A stretch of 52,980 bases of DNA from Bacteroidales bacterium (GTDB lineage: Bacteria; Bacteroidota; Bacteroidia; Bacteroidales; S143-32), in NCBI GenBank assembly GCA_015489405.1, contig WFZU01000029.1, positions 1 to 52,980 on the forward strand, given 5' to 3'. The notes under the pieces are model-generated. The model was not told the origin of the DNA. It did no database searches and saw only the letters and a program-made list of their open reading frames with translations. This document shows, one piece after another, positions 9,553-18,083 of this stretch (within the stretch, counting starts at the first letter, position 1; the number at the start of each line of letters is the position of its first letter). A program made the position numbers and the translations under genes.

Positions 9553-10569
9553 TTATAGTATAGTGTTCCAGTTAAACTTATCTTCTGTTTCACCCTCTTG
9601 AATGCCTTTCAGACGTTGATAAAGTTTCGTAGAAACGGGACCGGGTTTTCCGTCCGGACAATAGGTAAATTCTTGACCTGTTTCGCGCTCTACAATCCTT
9701 TTGATGGGAGAAATAACGGCAGCCGTACCACAGGCACCGACTTCTTCAAAATCTCCCAATTCACTGACAGCCACTTTGCGTTGTTCTACTTTCAAGCCCA
9801 TATCGGCAGCCAATTCACGCAAACTCAAATTGGTGATGGAAGGGAGAATACTGTTGGATTTGGGTGTGATATAAGTATTGTCTTTAATAGCGAAGAAGTT
9901 TGCCGGACCGGCTTCATCAATATATTTCTTTTCGCAGGCATCTAAGTAGAGTACCGTGGCAAAGCCCTCTTTGTGGGCTCTTTCGGAAGAAACCAAGCTG
10001 GCAGCATAATTCCCACCCACTTTGATATGTCCCGTTCCCCGGGGAGCTGCGCGGTCATAGTCTCTGATAATTTGGATGTCCACCGGATTAAATCCTTCTT
10101 TGAAATAAGGACCAACCGGACCGGCAAACATCAAAAAGAGATACTCTTCTGCCGGTTTGACGCCTACTTGCGGACCGCTACCAATCAGAAGCGGACGGAC
10201 ATAGAGTGCGGCGCCCAATCCTGCCGGAGGTACAAACTCCTCGTTAAGCAAGACAACTTTTTTCAACATTTCAAAAAACAGTTCCGAGGGCGGTGGCTGC
10301 ATCATAATGCCGCGAGCGGAATTTTGCATCCTCTTCGCATTCTCTTCCCAACGGAAGATACGAATCTTGTTATCTTTGCCGCGAAATACCTTTAAACCCT
10401 CAAAGGCTTCTTGCCCGTAGTGCAAGGCAGTCGCAGCCATGTGAATGTTGATGTGTTCGGAAGAAGAAACTTCTATCTCTCCCCATTTCCCGTCCCGGTA
10501 GTAACAGCGAACATTATAGTTCGTCTTGTAATAACCGAATGGCAAATTTGCCCAATCTATATTTTTCAT
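9553..10569 (-). CDS. ilvE: Branched-chain amino acid aminotransferase (class IV)
   Basis: 338 aa with conserved blocks YGQEAFEGLKVFR, LYVRPLLIG, IKVGGNYAASL and GACGTAAVISPI. Confidence 0.9.
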   Translation of the reverse strand: MKNIDWANLPFGYYKTNYNVRCYYRDGKWGEIEVSSSEHINIHMAATALHYGQEAFEGLKVFRGKDNKIRIFRWEENAKRMQNSARGIMMQPPPSELFFEMLKKVVLLNEEFVPPAGLGAALYVRPLLIGSGPQVGVKPAEEYLFLMFAGPVGPYFKEGFNPVDIQIIRDYDRAAPRGTGHIKVGGNYAASLVSSERAHKEGFATVLYLDACEKKYIDEAGPANFFAIKDNTYITPKSNSILPSITNLSLRELAADMGLKVEQRKVAVSELGDFEEVGACGTAAVISPIKRIVERETGQEFTYCPDGKPGPVSTKLYQRLKGIQEGETEDKFNWNTIL

Positions 10570-10633
10570 AAGCTTAAATTTATAAGTATGTAATTCATAT
10601 TCTCTGCTTCAAACAATCCTTTTTGCAAGACTG

Positions 10634-10641
10634 CAAATTTA
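10634..10641 (-). promoter_or_regulatory. Candidate Bacteroidota -7 promoter box (TAAATTTG) for ilvE
   Basis: The reverse complement of CAAATTTA matches the TAnnTTTG consensus, about 65 nt upstream of the ilvE ATG. Confidence 0.35.
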
Positions 10642-10682
10642 TATCTTTTTTAATGGCAAAATAATTTTTCTTTTCACGATGT

Positions 10683-10698
10683 TATCTTTGTAAATTTG
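10683..10698 (+). promoter_or_regulatory. Two adjacent candidate -7 boxes (TATCTTTG, TAAATTTG) for the 1006-aa gene
   Basis: Both match TAnnTTTG and lie 16-24 nt upstream of the ATG at 10715, which implies a short leader. Confidence 0.35.
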
Positions 10699-10714
10699 CA
10701 AAAAAATAAGTGAA

Positions 10715-13700
10715 ATGTTTGAAGATAATAAGCCTGCGGATTCCGTCAAATTGTCCAATCAACACTTGTTGTTGCAATTGATAACCAAAGAAATTAACAA
10801 GCGCGATATTTATCATGATTTGATGCCTTTTAAGGTGAAAGAGATTTTGCTGATTGCCGATTTATACGATGCCTACAGTATCGAGCAGGAAGGGCGCGTA
10901 ACGGATGTAATGTTGGGAGAATACGCCAATCTTAATTTGAGTTCTCTCCCCCGTATCACGACCGTCAATACCAATGATGAAGCCTTGGCAAGGATTAATA
11001 ATTCTGCCCGTAAGTTTGATATGGTCATTATGATGGTTGGCGTGAATAAACAGTCTGCGGTACAAACTGCCCGGCTCATCCGGCAGGAGAAACCCAAATT
11101 GCCCATTTTTCTACTGCTCAACAACAACAGTAATTTGGCTCTCTTCGATAAGGAGGAGATAAAATCTTTGTTTCATCAAACCTTTATCTGGAATGGTGAT
11201 TCAAGTGTGTTTTTCTCAATGGTAAAAACCTTGGAGGATTCCAAAAATGTAAAAAATGACATTAAAATTGCTTCGGTGGGTATCATCCTGTTGGTGGAAG
11301 ATTCTCCGCTTTATTATTCCCGCTATCTTCCGGTGCTATATAAACTAATTTTTAAACAGACGCAAGATAATGTGTCGGAGATTAGCAAGGACAAACTATA
11401 TAAGATATTGAAGATAAGGGCACGCCCGAAAGTATTGCTGGCGACTACTTACGAAGAAGCGATGGCAGTCTTTAAGAAGTATCCGGATAATATCATTGGG
11501 CTTATTTCGGATGTGCGTTTCCCCAAAAATAAAATGCTTACGGCGGATGCCGGTTTTAAACTTATTCAGCGTATTAAGAAAACGCATCCGGCGCTGGCAA
11601 TCATTATGCAATCTTCGGAAAAGCGTAATAGCGCACTTGCCGAACAACTGGACGTGTGTTTCATGGATAAAAATTCGGATAATATTGAGGTGGAATTAAA
11701 GGAATTTATCCGGTCAAGGTTAGGTTTCGGTGATTTTATCTTCCGCGATGAGGAGGGCAATACGTATGGGAAAGCCCGTAATGTTCAAGAATTTCAACGG
11801 CTTATCAAAGAGGTGCCTGCTGATGTTGTCTATTATCATGCCACCCACCATCATTTTTCCATGTGGGCAATGGCACGCAGCGAGATTCAACTTTCCAAAA
11901 TTCTGGGACGAAAAAGTGTGCAAGATTTTGCAAAGAAAGAGGATATCCGCTCCTATCTTGTTCAATCTTTGGAAAAGTTTATGGATGACAGTCCCCGCGG
12001 CAAGGTGATTCCGTATTCCAAAGAAGGATTTATGGATGAACGAAATATCATCATGCTTGCCGATGGAGCGCTCGGTGGCAAAGGCAGGGGAATAGCCTTT
12101 CTCAATTCCCTGATACACCGTTTTGATTTCCACTCTTTAGTCCCCAACATTCACATCAAAATACCCCGCACGGCAATTATCGGAACGAATGAATTTATCC
12201 GCTTTATGGATAAAAACGCTTTGCATTTTGTCAAAGAAAAAGACCTCAGTGACCGGGAGGTGAAGGAGTTTTTTCTCCAAGGTGAAATTTCAACGCTCCT
12301 GAAAACCCGTTTACGTAGTATTCTGAAAAATTACACGCTCCCCATAGCCATACGTTCTTCCGGACTTTTTGAGGACAGCCTGTTGCAGCCTTTTGCAGGC
12401 ATCTTTGAGACCTATTTGTTGCCCAACAATCATCCCGATTTGGAAGTCCGTCTCCAACAAGTCATGGATGCCATCAAAATGGTTTATGCTTCCGTTTATT
12501 CGGAAAAGGCAAAGAGTTATATCAAAGCTATTAACTATAAGATTGATGAGGAAAAAATGGCCATTGTCATTCAAGAGGTGGTGGGAAGACAATATGGGAA
12601 CCTCTTTTATCCGCATATAAGCGGAGTGGCACAATCATACAATTTCTATCCTTACGGGCACATGAAACCCGAAGAAGGTTTTTCTGTAATGTCTTTTGGA
12701 TTAGGAACTTATGTGGTGGAAGGCGAAAAGGCATTCCGCTATTCTCCCCGCTACCCGACGACCCAATTATTGTCTTTGGAAGACCAAGTGGCTAATTCGC
12801 AAACCTATTTTTATGCGGTGGATTTGAGTAAAAATACCTTGCATATCACCGAAGGGGAAATGGCGGGATTGGCAAAGAAGGATTTGTACGTTGCGGAAAG
12901 ACAAAATACCTTGCGCCACTGCGTCTCTACCTACGATGCCAACAGCCATATGTTGTCCGCAGGACTGGACAAGCCGGGACCGCGCGTGGTTGATTTTGCC
13001 AATGTCATAAAGTATAATTACGCACCCGTATCCAAGGTGCAGGAAGTCTTTTTGGATGTATTGCCGGATGCTTTCGGTACTCCGGTGGAGATAGAGTTTG
13101 CAGTGGATTTGACCAAGGATAAGAACGGGCTGGCAAGTTTCTATCTTTTGCAAGTAAAACCGATGTTAAAAGCCCATGACGACACCTCCTTTAATAAGGC
13201 TGATTTTGATAAAGAGCATCTCGTGCTGTTCACGAAAAAAGGGATGGGTAACGGAACGGTTGATTATATCTCCGATGTAATCTATATCGACAACGAACTT
13301 TTTCAAAATTCACAAACGGAAAAGATGGCGGAGGAAATCGACCGGCTCAATAAAAAGATGCAAGCCGAAGGACGGCAATATATTCTTATCGGTCCCGGAC
13401 GCTGGGGGACGCGCGACAAGTGGATCGGTATTCCTATCCAGTGGGCACAAATATCCAATGCCAAAGTCATTGTGGAAACGAGCCTCGAAGGCTTTCCGCT
13501 GGAAGCCTCTTTCGGGTCGCACTTTTTTCATAATGTTACCACGATGAATATCGGTTATTTTTCGGTCTTGCATTCCGATAAGGAAAGTTTTATCAATTAT
13601 GACCTGTTAGCGCGCCAGCAATTGCTGGAAAAAACAAACTATTTCAGACACGTCCGTTTTAAGGAGCCCCTGCGAATCATTATGGACGGGAAAAAACGGG

Positions 13701-13735
13701 AAGCGATTATCGTGGAAAATACTTCTGCAAAATGA
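10715..13735 (+). CDS. Receiver-domain / PEP-pyruvate-binding (PPDK N-terminal, ATP-grasp) domain protein
   Basis: The N-terminus has one degenerate and one intact CheY-like receiver. The first (ILLIADLYD...FDMVIMMVG) lacks the phospho-acceptor Asp. The second (IILLVEDSP...IGLISDVRFP) keeps it. The central region resembles the PpsA/PPDK nucleotide-binding domain (ADGALGGKGRGIAFLN, IRSSGLFED). The C-terminus has GPGRWGTRD. I could not find a phosphohistidine swivel motif (TSHAA-like). Confidence 0.7.
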   Translation: MFEDNKPADSVKLSNQHLLLQLITKEINKRDIYHDLMPFKVKEILLIADLYDAYSIEQEGRVTDVMLGEYANLNLSSLPRITTVNTNDEALARINNSARKFDMVIMMVGVNKQSAVQTARLIRQEKPKLPIFLLLNNNSNLALFDKEEIKSLFHQTFIWNGDSSVFFSMVKTLEDSKNVKNDIKIASVGIILLVEDSPLYYSRYLPVLYKLIFKQTQDNVSEISKDKLYKILKIRARPKVLLATTYEEAMAVFKKYPDNIIGLISDVRFPKNKMLTADAGFKLIQRIKKTHPALAIIMQSSEKRNSALAEQLDVCFMDKNSDNIEVELKEFIRSRLGFGDFIFRDEEGNTYGKARNVQEFQRLIKEVPADVVYYHATHHHFSMWAMARSEIQLSKILGRKSVQDFAKKEDIRSYLVQSLEKFMDDSPRGKVIPYSKEGFMDERNIIMLADGALGGKGRGIAFLNSLIHRFDFHSLVPNIHIKIPRTAIIGTNEFIRFMDKNALHFVKEKDLSDREVKEFFLQGEISTLLKTRLRSILKNYTLPIAIRSSGLFEDSLLQPFAGIFETYLLPNNHPDLEVRLQQVMDAIKMVYASVYSEKAKSYIKAINYKIDEEKMAIVIQEVVGRQYGNLFYPHISGVAQSYNFYPYGHMKPEEGFSVMSFGLGTYVVEGEKAFRYSPRYPTTQLLSLEDQVANSQTYFYAVDLSKNTLHITEGEMAGLAKKDLYVAERQNTLRHCVSTYDANSHMLSAGLDKPGPRVVDFANVIKYNYAPVSKVQEVFLDVLPDAFGTPVEIEFAVDLTKDKNGLASFYLLQVKPMLKAHDDTSFNKADFDKEHLVLFTKKGMGNGTVDYISDVIYIDNELFQNSQTEKMAEEIDRLNKKMQAEGRQYILIGPGRWGTRDKWIGIPIQWAQISNAKVIVETSLEGFPLEASFGSHFFHNVTTMNIGYFSVLHSDKESFINYDLLARQQLLEKTNYFRHVRFKEPLRIIMDGKKREAIIVENTSAK

Positions 13736-13792
13736 TATTTGAACATTTCTGATATTAATATACATTTGCACGAAAAAAAAAGACAAGAAAAT

Positions 13793-14344
13793 ATGAGAGA
13801 AGATGTATTGAAACTTTGGCCTGAATTGAATTGGATCAAAGATACGGAATTGCGTGAGAAGACAGCAAAAGTATGGGAAATGGCATTGGACCGGAGCGTA
13901 TTAAGTCCGGAAGATTTACAGCGGATTCCTTTTACTTTGTTGGTCGGTCCGGACTTGAAGGTAACATTTATGGACCACAAACGTTCGGTCGTTCACATTG
14001 CCCGGGATGCGGGCGAAAAAATCAATGCGATGTATCACGGGGAACTGACCTGCGATATGGATGTGCTTATTTCCGGTGCCATTCTTTGCGATGTGGGAAA
14101 ATTGCTGGAATATGAATTGGACGAAAACGGCAATGCCGTACAAGGAACCTACGGAAAATATGTCCGGCATCCTTTTTCCGGAGTGAGTATTGCCGAGGAA
14201 GCCGGTGTCCCGCCGGCAGTTTGCCATATTATTGCGGCACACGCCGGAGAAGGAAATATGATCAAACGCACGACAGAGGCTTATGTCGTTCATCATGCGG
14301 ATTTTATGACTTTTTTGCCTTTCAAAGAACGTTTGAAAATATAA
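13793..14344 (+). CDS. HD-superfamily phosphohydrolase-like protein (atypical CD instead of HD doublet)
   Basis: The ORF track start at 13739 is a TTG, so the ATG at 13793 is preferred. The residue spacing H...(C)DVGK...H...HAGEG...HHAD resembles the HD domain, but the HD doublet reads CD (AILCDVGK). Confidence 0.5.
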   Translation: MREDVLKLWPELNWIKDTELREKTAKVWEMALDRSVLSPEDLQRIPFTLLVGPDLKVTFMDHKRSVVHIARDAGEKINAMYHGELTCDMDVLISGAILCDVGKLLEYELDENGNAVQGTYGKYVRHPFSGVSIAEEAGVPPAVCHIIAAHAGEGNMIKRTTEAYVVHHADFMTFLPFKERLKI

Positions 14345-14583
14345 GCATTGATTGAAATCATTTGTAAAAACGTGATATTCAGATATATCTGAATGCTTGT
14401 TGCAAAAAAACAGATGTATGTGTCAAGGTCTCCCGGGATTGACTTTAATGCTCCTGCGTACATTGTGAAAAAAAAGGACAGGAAAAATTTGCTAATTCCA
14501 TTTTATCTATAAATTTGCCGCTGTGAATTTTTGAAAGAGAGACATTGAGGAAACATTAATTCGTTGAAAAAATTTGATTAGGT

Positions 14584-15393
14584 ATGAAAATGAACTTTAT
14601 CAGCAAACTTATTATCCTGTCTTTGTTGATGACAGGTATTTTTGTTTATGGACAAGAGAAAAAAAATTCGTCATCCGTAAAAGTAAATGCGGGAGCGGAT
14701 GTAGTCAGTCGTTATGTATGGCGCGGATTGCAGTTTGGCGGAAATGCTCCTGCCCTTCAGCCGGGGATTTCTTTAAATTACAATAATTTGGAGATTGGAG
14801 CATGGGGGTCTTATTCGCTGAGTGGATTAAATGTTTCACAAGAGATGGACCTTTATGTGAGCTATGCATTCGGGAGTTCGTTCAGTGCTATATTGACCGA
14901 TTATTACTTTCCGGATGAAAGTGCTGATTATAAGTATTTTAGATATGGTGAGGGTACCGGGCATGTATTGGAAGCCGGACTTTCTTTTAAGGGGACGAAG
15001 AATCTCCCGTTAAGCCTGAGTGCTTATATGAATTTCTATGGCGGGGATGCCTCCAGACTCGGGAGCGACCCCTCGGATACGCTCACATTCAATAAAGTTA
15101 CGGGAATACAATACTCCAATTATGTTGAATTGGGCTACGCCAAAACAATAGGAGGCGTTGATTGTAATCTGTTTATGGGTTTTACGCTCAGCAATCCTAA
15201 ACCGGCGGACACGCAAACCGGATTTGTCGGAGAAACCGGATTTTACGGCGATGGTGCCGGTATCATTAATCTGGGGATCACCGCCCAAAAGTCACTGCCT
15301 TTATCCAACAAATATTCTCTTCCTATCACTGCTTCATTAATAACCAATCCGCAAGCAGAAAAAGTATATTTTGTTTTTGGAATTTCAATTTAA
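14584..15393 (+). CDS. Outer-membrane beta-barrel protein (TorF-like putative porin) upstream of amt
   Basis: Signal peptide, alternating beta-strand pattern, C-terminal aromatic-rich strand (YFVFGISI), and the motif VVSRYVWRGLQFG. Function is inferred from its position ahead of amt. Confidence 0.5.
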   Translation: MKMNFISKLIILSLLMTGIFVYGQEKKNSSSVKVNAGADVVSRYVWRGLQFGGNAPALQPGISLNYNNLEIGAWGSYSLSGLNVSQEMDLYVSYAFGSSFSAILTDYYFPDESADYKYFRYGEGTGHVLEAGLSFKGTKNLPLSLSAYMNFYGGDASRLGSDPSDTLTFNKVTGIQYSNYVELGYAKTIGGVDCNLFMGFTLSNPKPADTQTGFVGETGFYGDGAGIINLGITAQKSLPLSNKYSLPITASLITNPQAEKVYFVFGISI

Positions 15394-15414
15394 TGTGTGC
15401 CAAAGGTAGATAAT

Positions 15415-15441
15415 TTCCCGGCTTTTGCCGGAATTTATTTT
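15415..15441 (+). terminator. Intercistronic hairpin plus T-rich tract between the porin gene and amt (possible attenuator)
   Basis: CCGGC-TTTT-GCCGG followed by AATTTATTTTG. Confidence 0.3.
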
Positions 15442-15490
15442 GCCGGTAGTGACATACAAAACATTATTTTTTAATTAAATATTAAGTTTT

Positions 15491-16717
15491 ATGGGTTTTG
15501 ATACAGGTACAACGACCTTTATGATTTTATCAACCAGTTTGGTCATGTTGATGACGCCGGGTTTGGCATTCTTTTATGGCGGCTTGGCAAGTAAGCGGAA
15601 TATTCTGGGAATTATGATGCAGACGTTTGCGTCCCTGGGTATTACAACGATGTTGTGGATTTCTTTCGGATACTCCTTGTGTTTTAGTGGAGGTGAAGGA
15701 AGTATTATTGGTAATTTTGATTGGGCATTTTTAAACGGGATCCCCTTTTCGCAAGCATATAGTGGAGCGGGCGGACAATATCCCACCTATATTTTTATTG
15801 CCTATCAGATGATGTTTGCGATTATCACTCCGGCTTTGATTACGGGTGCTTTCGTCAACAGGGTTACGTTTAAATCCTATTTAATTTTCTTGGTAGTATG
15901 GCAAATTTTTGTTTACTATCCCTTCGTCCATATGGTATGGGGTGGCGGACTGCTCGCCAAATGGGGAGTCGTTGATTTTGCCGGTGGTTTGGTAGTACAC
16001 GCTACGGCAGGATTGGCTGCTTTAGCTTCTGTTTTTTACGTAGGGAAAAGAAAAACCGATGTAGAAGCACCTCCCAACAGCATTCCGTTGGTCGCTATCG
16101 GTACCGGACTTTTGTGGTTCGGTTGGTATGGATTTAATGCCGGAAGCGAGCTGAAAGTAGATGATATTACTACATTAGCCTTTTTGAATACGGACACGGC
16201 TGCTTCTTTTGCGGCGGTTACTTGGTTGTTTATTGAATGGGTTCACGTAGGTAAACCGAAATTCGTAGGCTTGCTTACCGGTTCGGTTGCCGGTCTGGCA
16301 ACGATTACCCCTGCTGCGGGTTTTGTCCCTTTGTGGGCTGCTATCATTATCGGTATTGCCGCTTCAACCGTGGCGTATATTGCCGTTAATATGAAAAACA
16401 AACTCGGTTGGGACGATGCTTTGGACGTATGGGGAGTACACGGAATGGGAGGTATTACCGGTATGATATTGCTGGGTGTATTTGCCTCTTCAAAAATCAA
16501 TCCGGATGTTAGCGGTCTCCTCGAAGGCAATGTTTCTTTCTTTTTCAAAGAAACCGTTTCCGTACTTGGCGGCGCACTTTATGCCTTTATCTTCACTTAT
16601 TTGATGTTGGCTATCATTAATAAAATCACGCCGGTCAAAGTATCCGAAGAGGTGGAAAGCGCTGGTATTGACATTGCGTTACACGGAGAAAAGGCGTATG
16701 ATGAAGGTTCATTATAA
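15491..16717 (+). CDS. amt: Ammonium transporter (Amt family)
   Basis: 408 aa and polytopic. Amt signatures are present: VDFAGGLVVHATAG, WFGWYGFNAGS and GVHGMGGITG. Confidence 0.92.
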   Translation: MGFDTGTTTFMILSTSLVMLMTPGLAFFYGGLASKRNILGIMMQTFASLGITTMLWISFGYSLCFSGGEGSIIGNFDWAFLNGIPFSQAYSGAGGQYPTYIFIAYQMMFAIITPALITGAFVNRVTFKSYLIFLVVWQIFVYYPFVHMVWGGGLLAKWGVVDFAGGLVVHATAGLAALASVFYVGKRKTDVEAPPNSIPLVAIGTGLLWFGWYGFNAGSELKVDDITTLAFLNTDTAASFAAVTWLFIEWVHVGKPKFVGLLTGSVAGLATITPAAGFVPLWAAIIIGIAASTVAYIAVNMKNKLGWDDALDVWGVHGMGGITGMILLGVFASSKINPDVSGLLEGNVSFFFKETVSVLGGALYAFIFTYLMLAIINKITPVKVSEEVESAGIDIALHGEKAYDEGSL

Positions 16718-16759
16718 GCAGTTACGCTTGGAAAAATAGTTTTCAATTCGTTGAGGAGG

Positions 16760-16797
16760 AAGCTCCCGGGAACACGATTTCCGGGAGCTTTTTTTTT
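16760..16797 (+). terminator. Rho-independent terminator of amt
   Basis: AGCTCCCGG-N11-CCGGGAGCT followed by a run of 9 T. Confidence 0.8.
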
Positions 16798-16864
16798 GGG
16801 GAAAATATGCTAAAACAAAGATTTGTCAAAACAGGAAGAATCGTCTATAAACCACTATTCCGGG

Positions 16865-17050
16865 GCTGTCTATAATGTCCAATAATTTCGTTACGCTCAT
16901 GCTCAAAACTTCATTTCGGCAAGCTCAATGTAACACATTGACAAAGGTCAACTCCTTGGTTTTGAGCATTTCGCAAGCCCTGCTTGTGCTTACGGCAGAC
17001 GAGCTTGTTCTTAAACATCCTAACTCAGACGCTTAACTTTATGGAGAAGC
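16865..17050 (-). repeat. Interspersed palindromic repeat, copy C (full length, inverted orientation)
   Basis: GCTGTCTATAATGTCCAATAA...GTTACGCTCATGCTCAAAACTTCATTTCGGCAAGCTCAATGTAACACATTGACAAAGGTCAACTCCTTGGTTTTGAGC...CTTTATGGAGAAGC is the reverse complement of the copy B/F1 consensus. Confidence 0.85.
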
Positions 17051-17277
17051 TCTAATCATATTATCATGTCTATGCTTACGTTTTTTTGATTGAAGAATCA
17101 GGAACACCGGTTGACGATTTTAGATTCTTTTTGCGAAAGTGTATTTCTAATATCGCTGTTCGTTATTCATTATTAGTCCTGTTATACTTATTAATTCGCT
17201 GAAATACAAGGTAATATGTATCTATTATTGTACAATTGAATAATGTTTCCCCCGGCAAATAGAGATAGTCTAATTTT

Positions 17278-17313
17278 GAGACAAAAAAATATGATTATTT
17301 ATTTTTTTGTCTC
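17278..17313. terminator. Perfect 12-bp A/T-rich hairpin (possible bidirectional terminator or insulator)
   Basis: GAGACAAAAAAA-N12-TTTTTTTGTCTC, sitting just upstream of the candidate promoter of the 17379 gene. Confidence 0.35.
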
Positions 17314-17324
17314 GCTTTATTTTG

Positions 17325-17332
17325 TACTTTTG
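17325..17332 (+). promoter_or_regulatory. Candidate -7 promoter box (TACTTTTG)
   Basis: Matches TAnnTTTG, 47 nt upstream of the ATG at 17379. Confidence 0.4.
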
Positions 17333-17378
17333 CGGTGTAAAATAAAAATTGGAGGGGTTGAAAGCATCCGTGTCATAC

Positions 17379-17966
17379 ATGCTATTGTTGCTCGGAGCTT
17401 TTCTGACTACTGCACTCTTTGCGCAGCAGAAAAGCCAAGGGGGGATTTATCTCAATAAAAAAACACATTTTATTATTTCCAATAAGACCCAAGTGGTTAC
17501 TCCCGCTAACCTCAATATTCACTCTTCTATCACAGGAAAAGGTCAATTGAAGTTATGCGGTAAAAAACAATCCGATATTGACGCCCACAATCAAAGCATA
17601 GAGAATTTAACCATAGTCAAAGATGAAATGACGCCCACCCGGCTTATTTCAGCTATACACATTACGAATTCTTTCAATGTAGAAAGCGGGACGCTCTGCC
17701 TTTTTGATTATGATATGTTTCTGGAAAATGATGCAAAGCTGAATATCGGGAAATTCGCTCATGTCCGGTATTTGGGAAGTGGAAAAATCATTCACAACGC
17801 ACATCCGCAATTATTGGTTAATCAGTACTCCCCCTTTCAACTGAAACTCTTTCTCTCCGGCGAGCCCGGAAACACGTCTCCCGGGGAATATGAAAAAGAA
17901 GGCTTTTACTACTCATCTATAAAGATTCGAAATTTTAACAGGAAACCTCCTACCCCTCCCGCATAA
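17379..17966 (+). CDS. Hypothetical secreted protein (no recognisable family)
   Basis: The ORF track start at 17349 is a TTG. The ATG at 17379 gives the signal peptide MLLLLGAFLTTALFAQQ. The C-terminus is Pro-rich (RKPPTPPA). I recognise no motifs. Confidence 0.55.
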   Translation: MLLLLGAFLTTALFAQQKSQGGIYLNKKTHFIISNKTQVVTPANLNIHSSITGKGQLKLCGKKQSDIDAHNQSIENLTIVKDEMTPTRLISAIHITNSFNVESGTLCLFDYDMFLENDAKLNIGKFAHVRYLGSGKIIHNAHPQLLVNQYSPFQLKLFLSGEPGNTSPGEYEKEGFYYSSIKIRNFNRKPPTPPA

Positions 17967-18083
17967 TTTATCATCTAAACGTAGCAGCACACAAAGTCTT
18001 CTCTTTTTGAAAGGGAAGCAATGATTTATAAAACGGGTATGTCCCGTCAAAAGTAAAGATTCATATATTAAAAAGTAAAGAAA

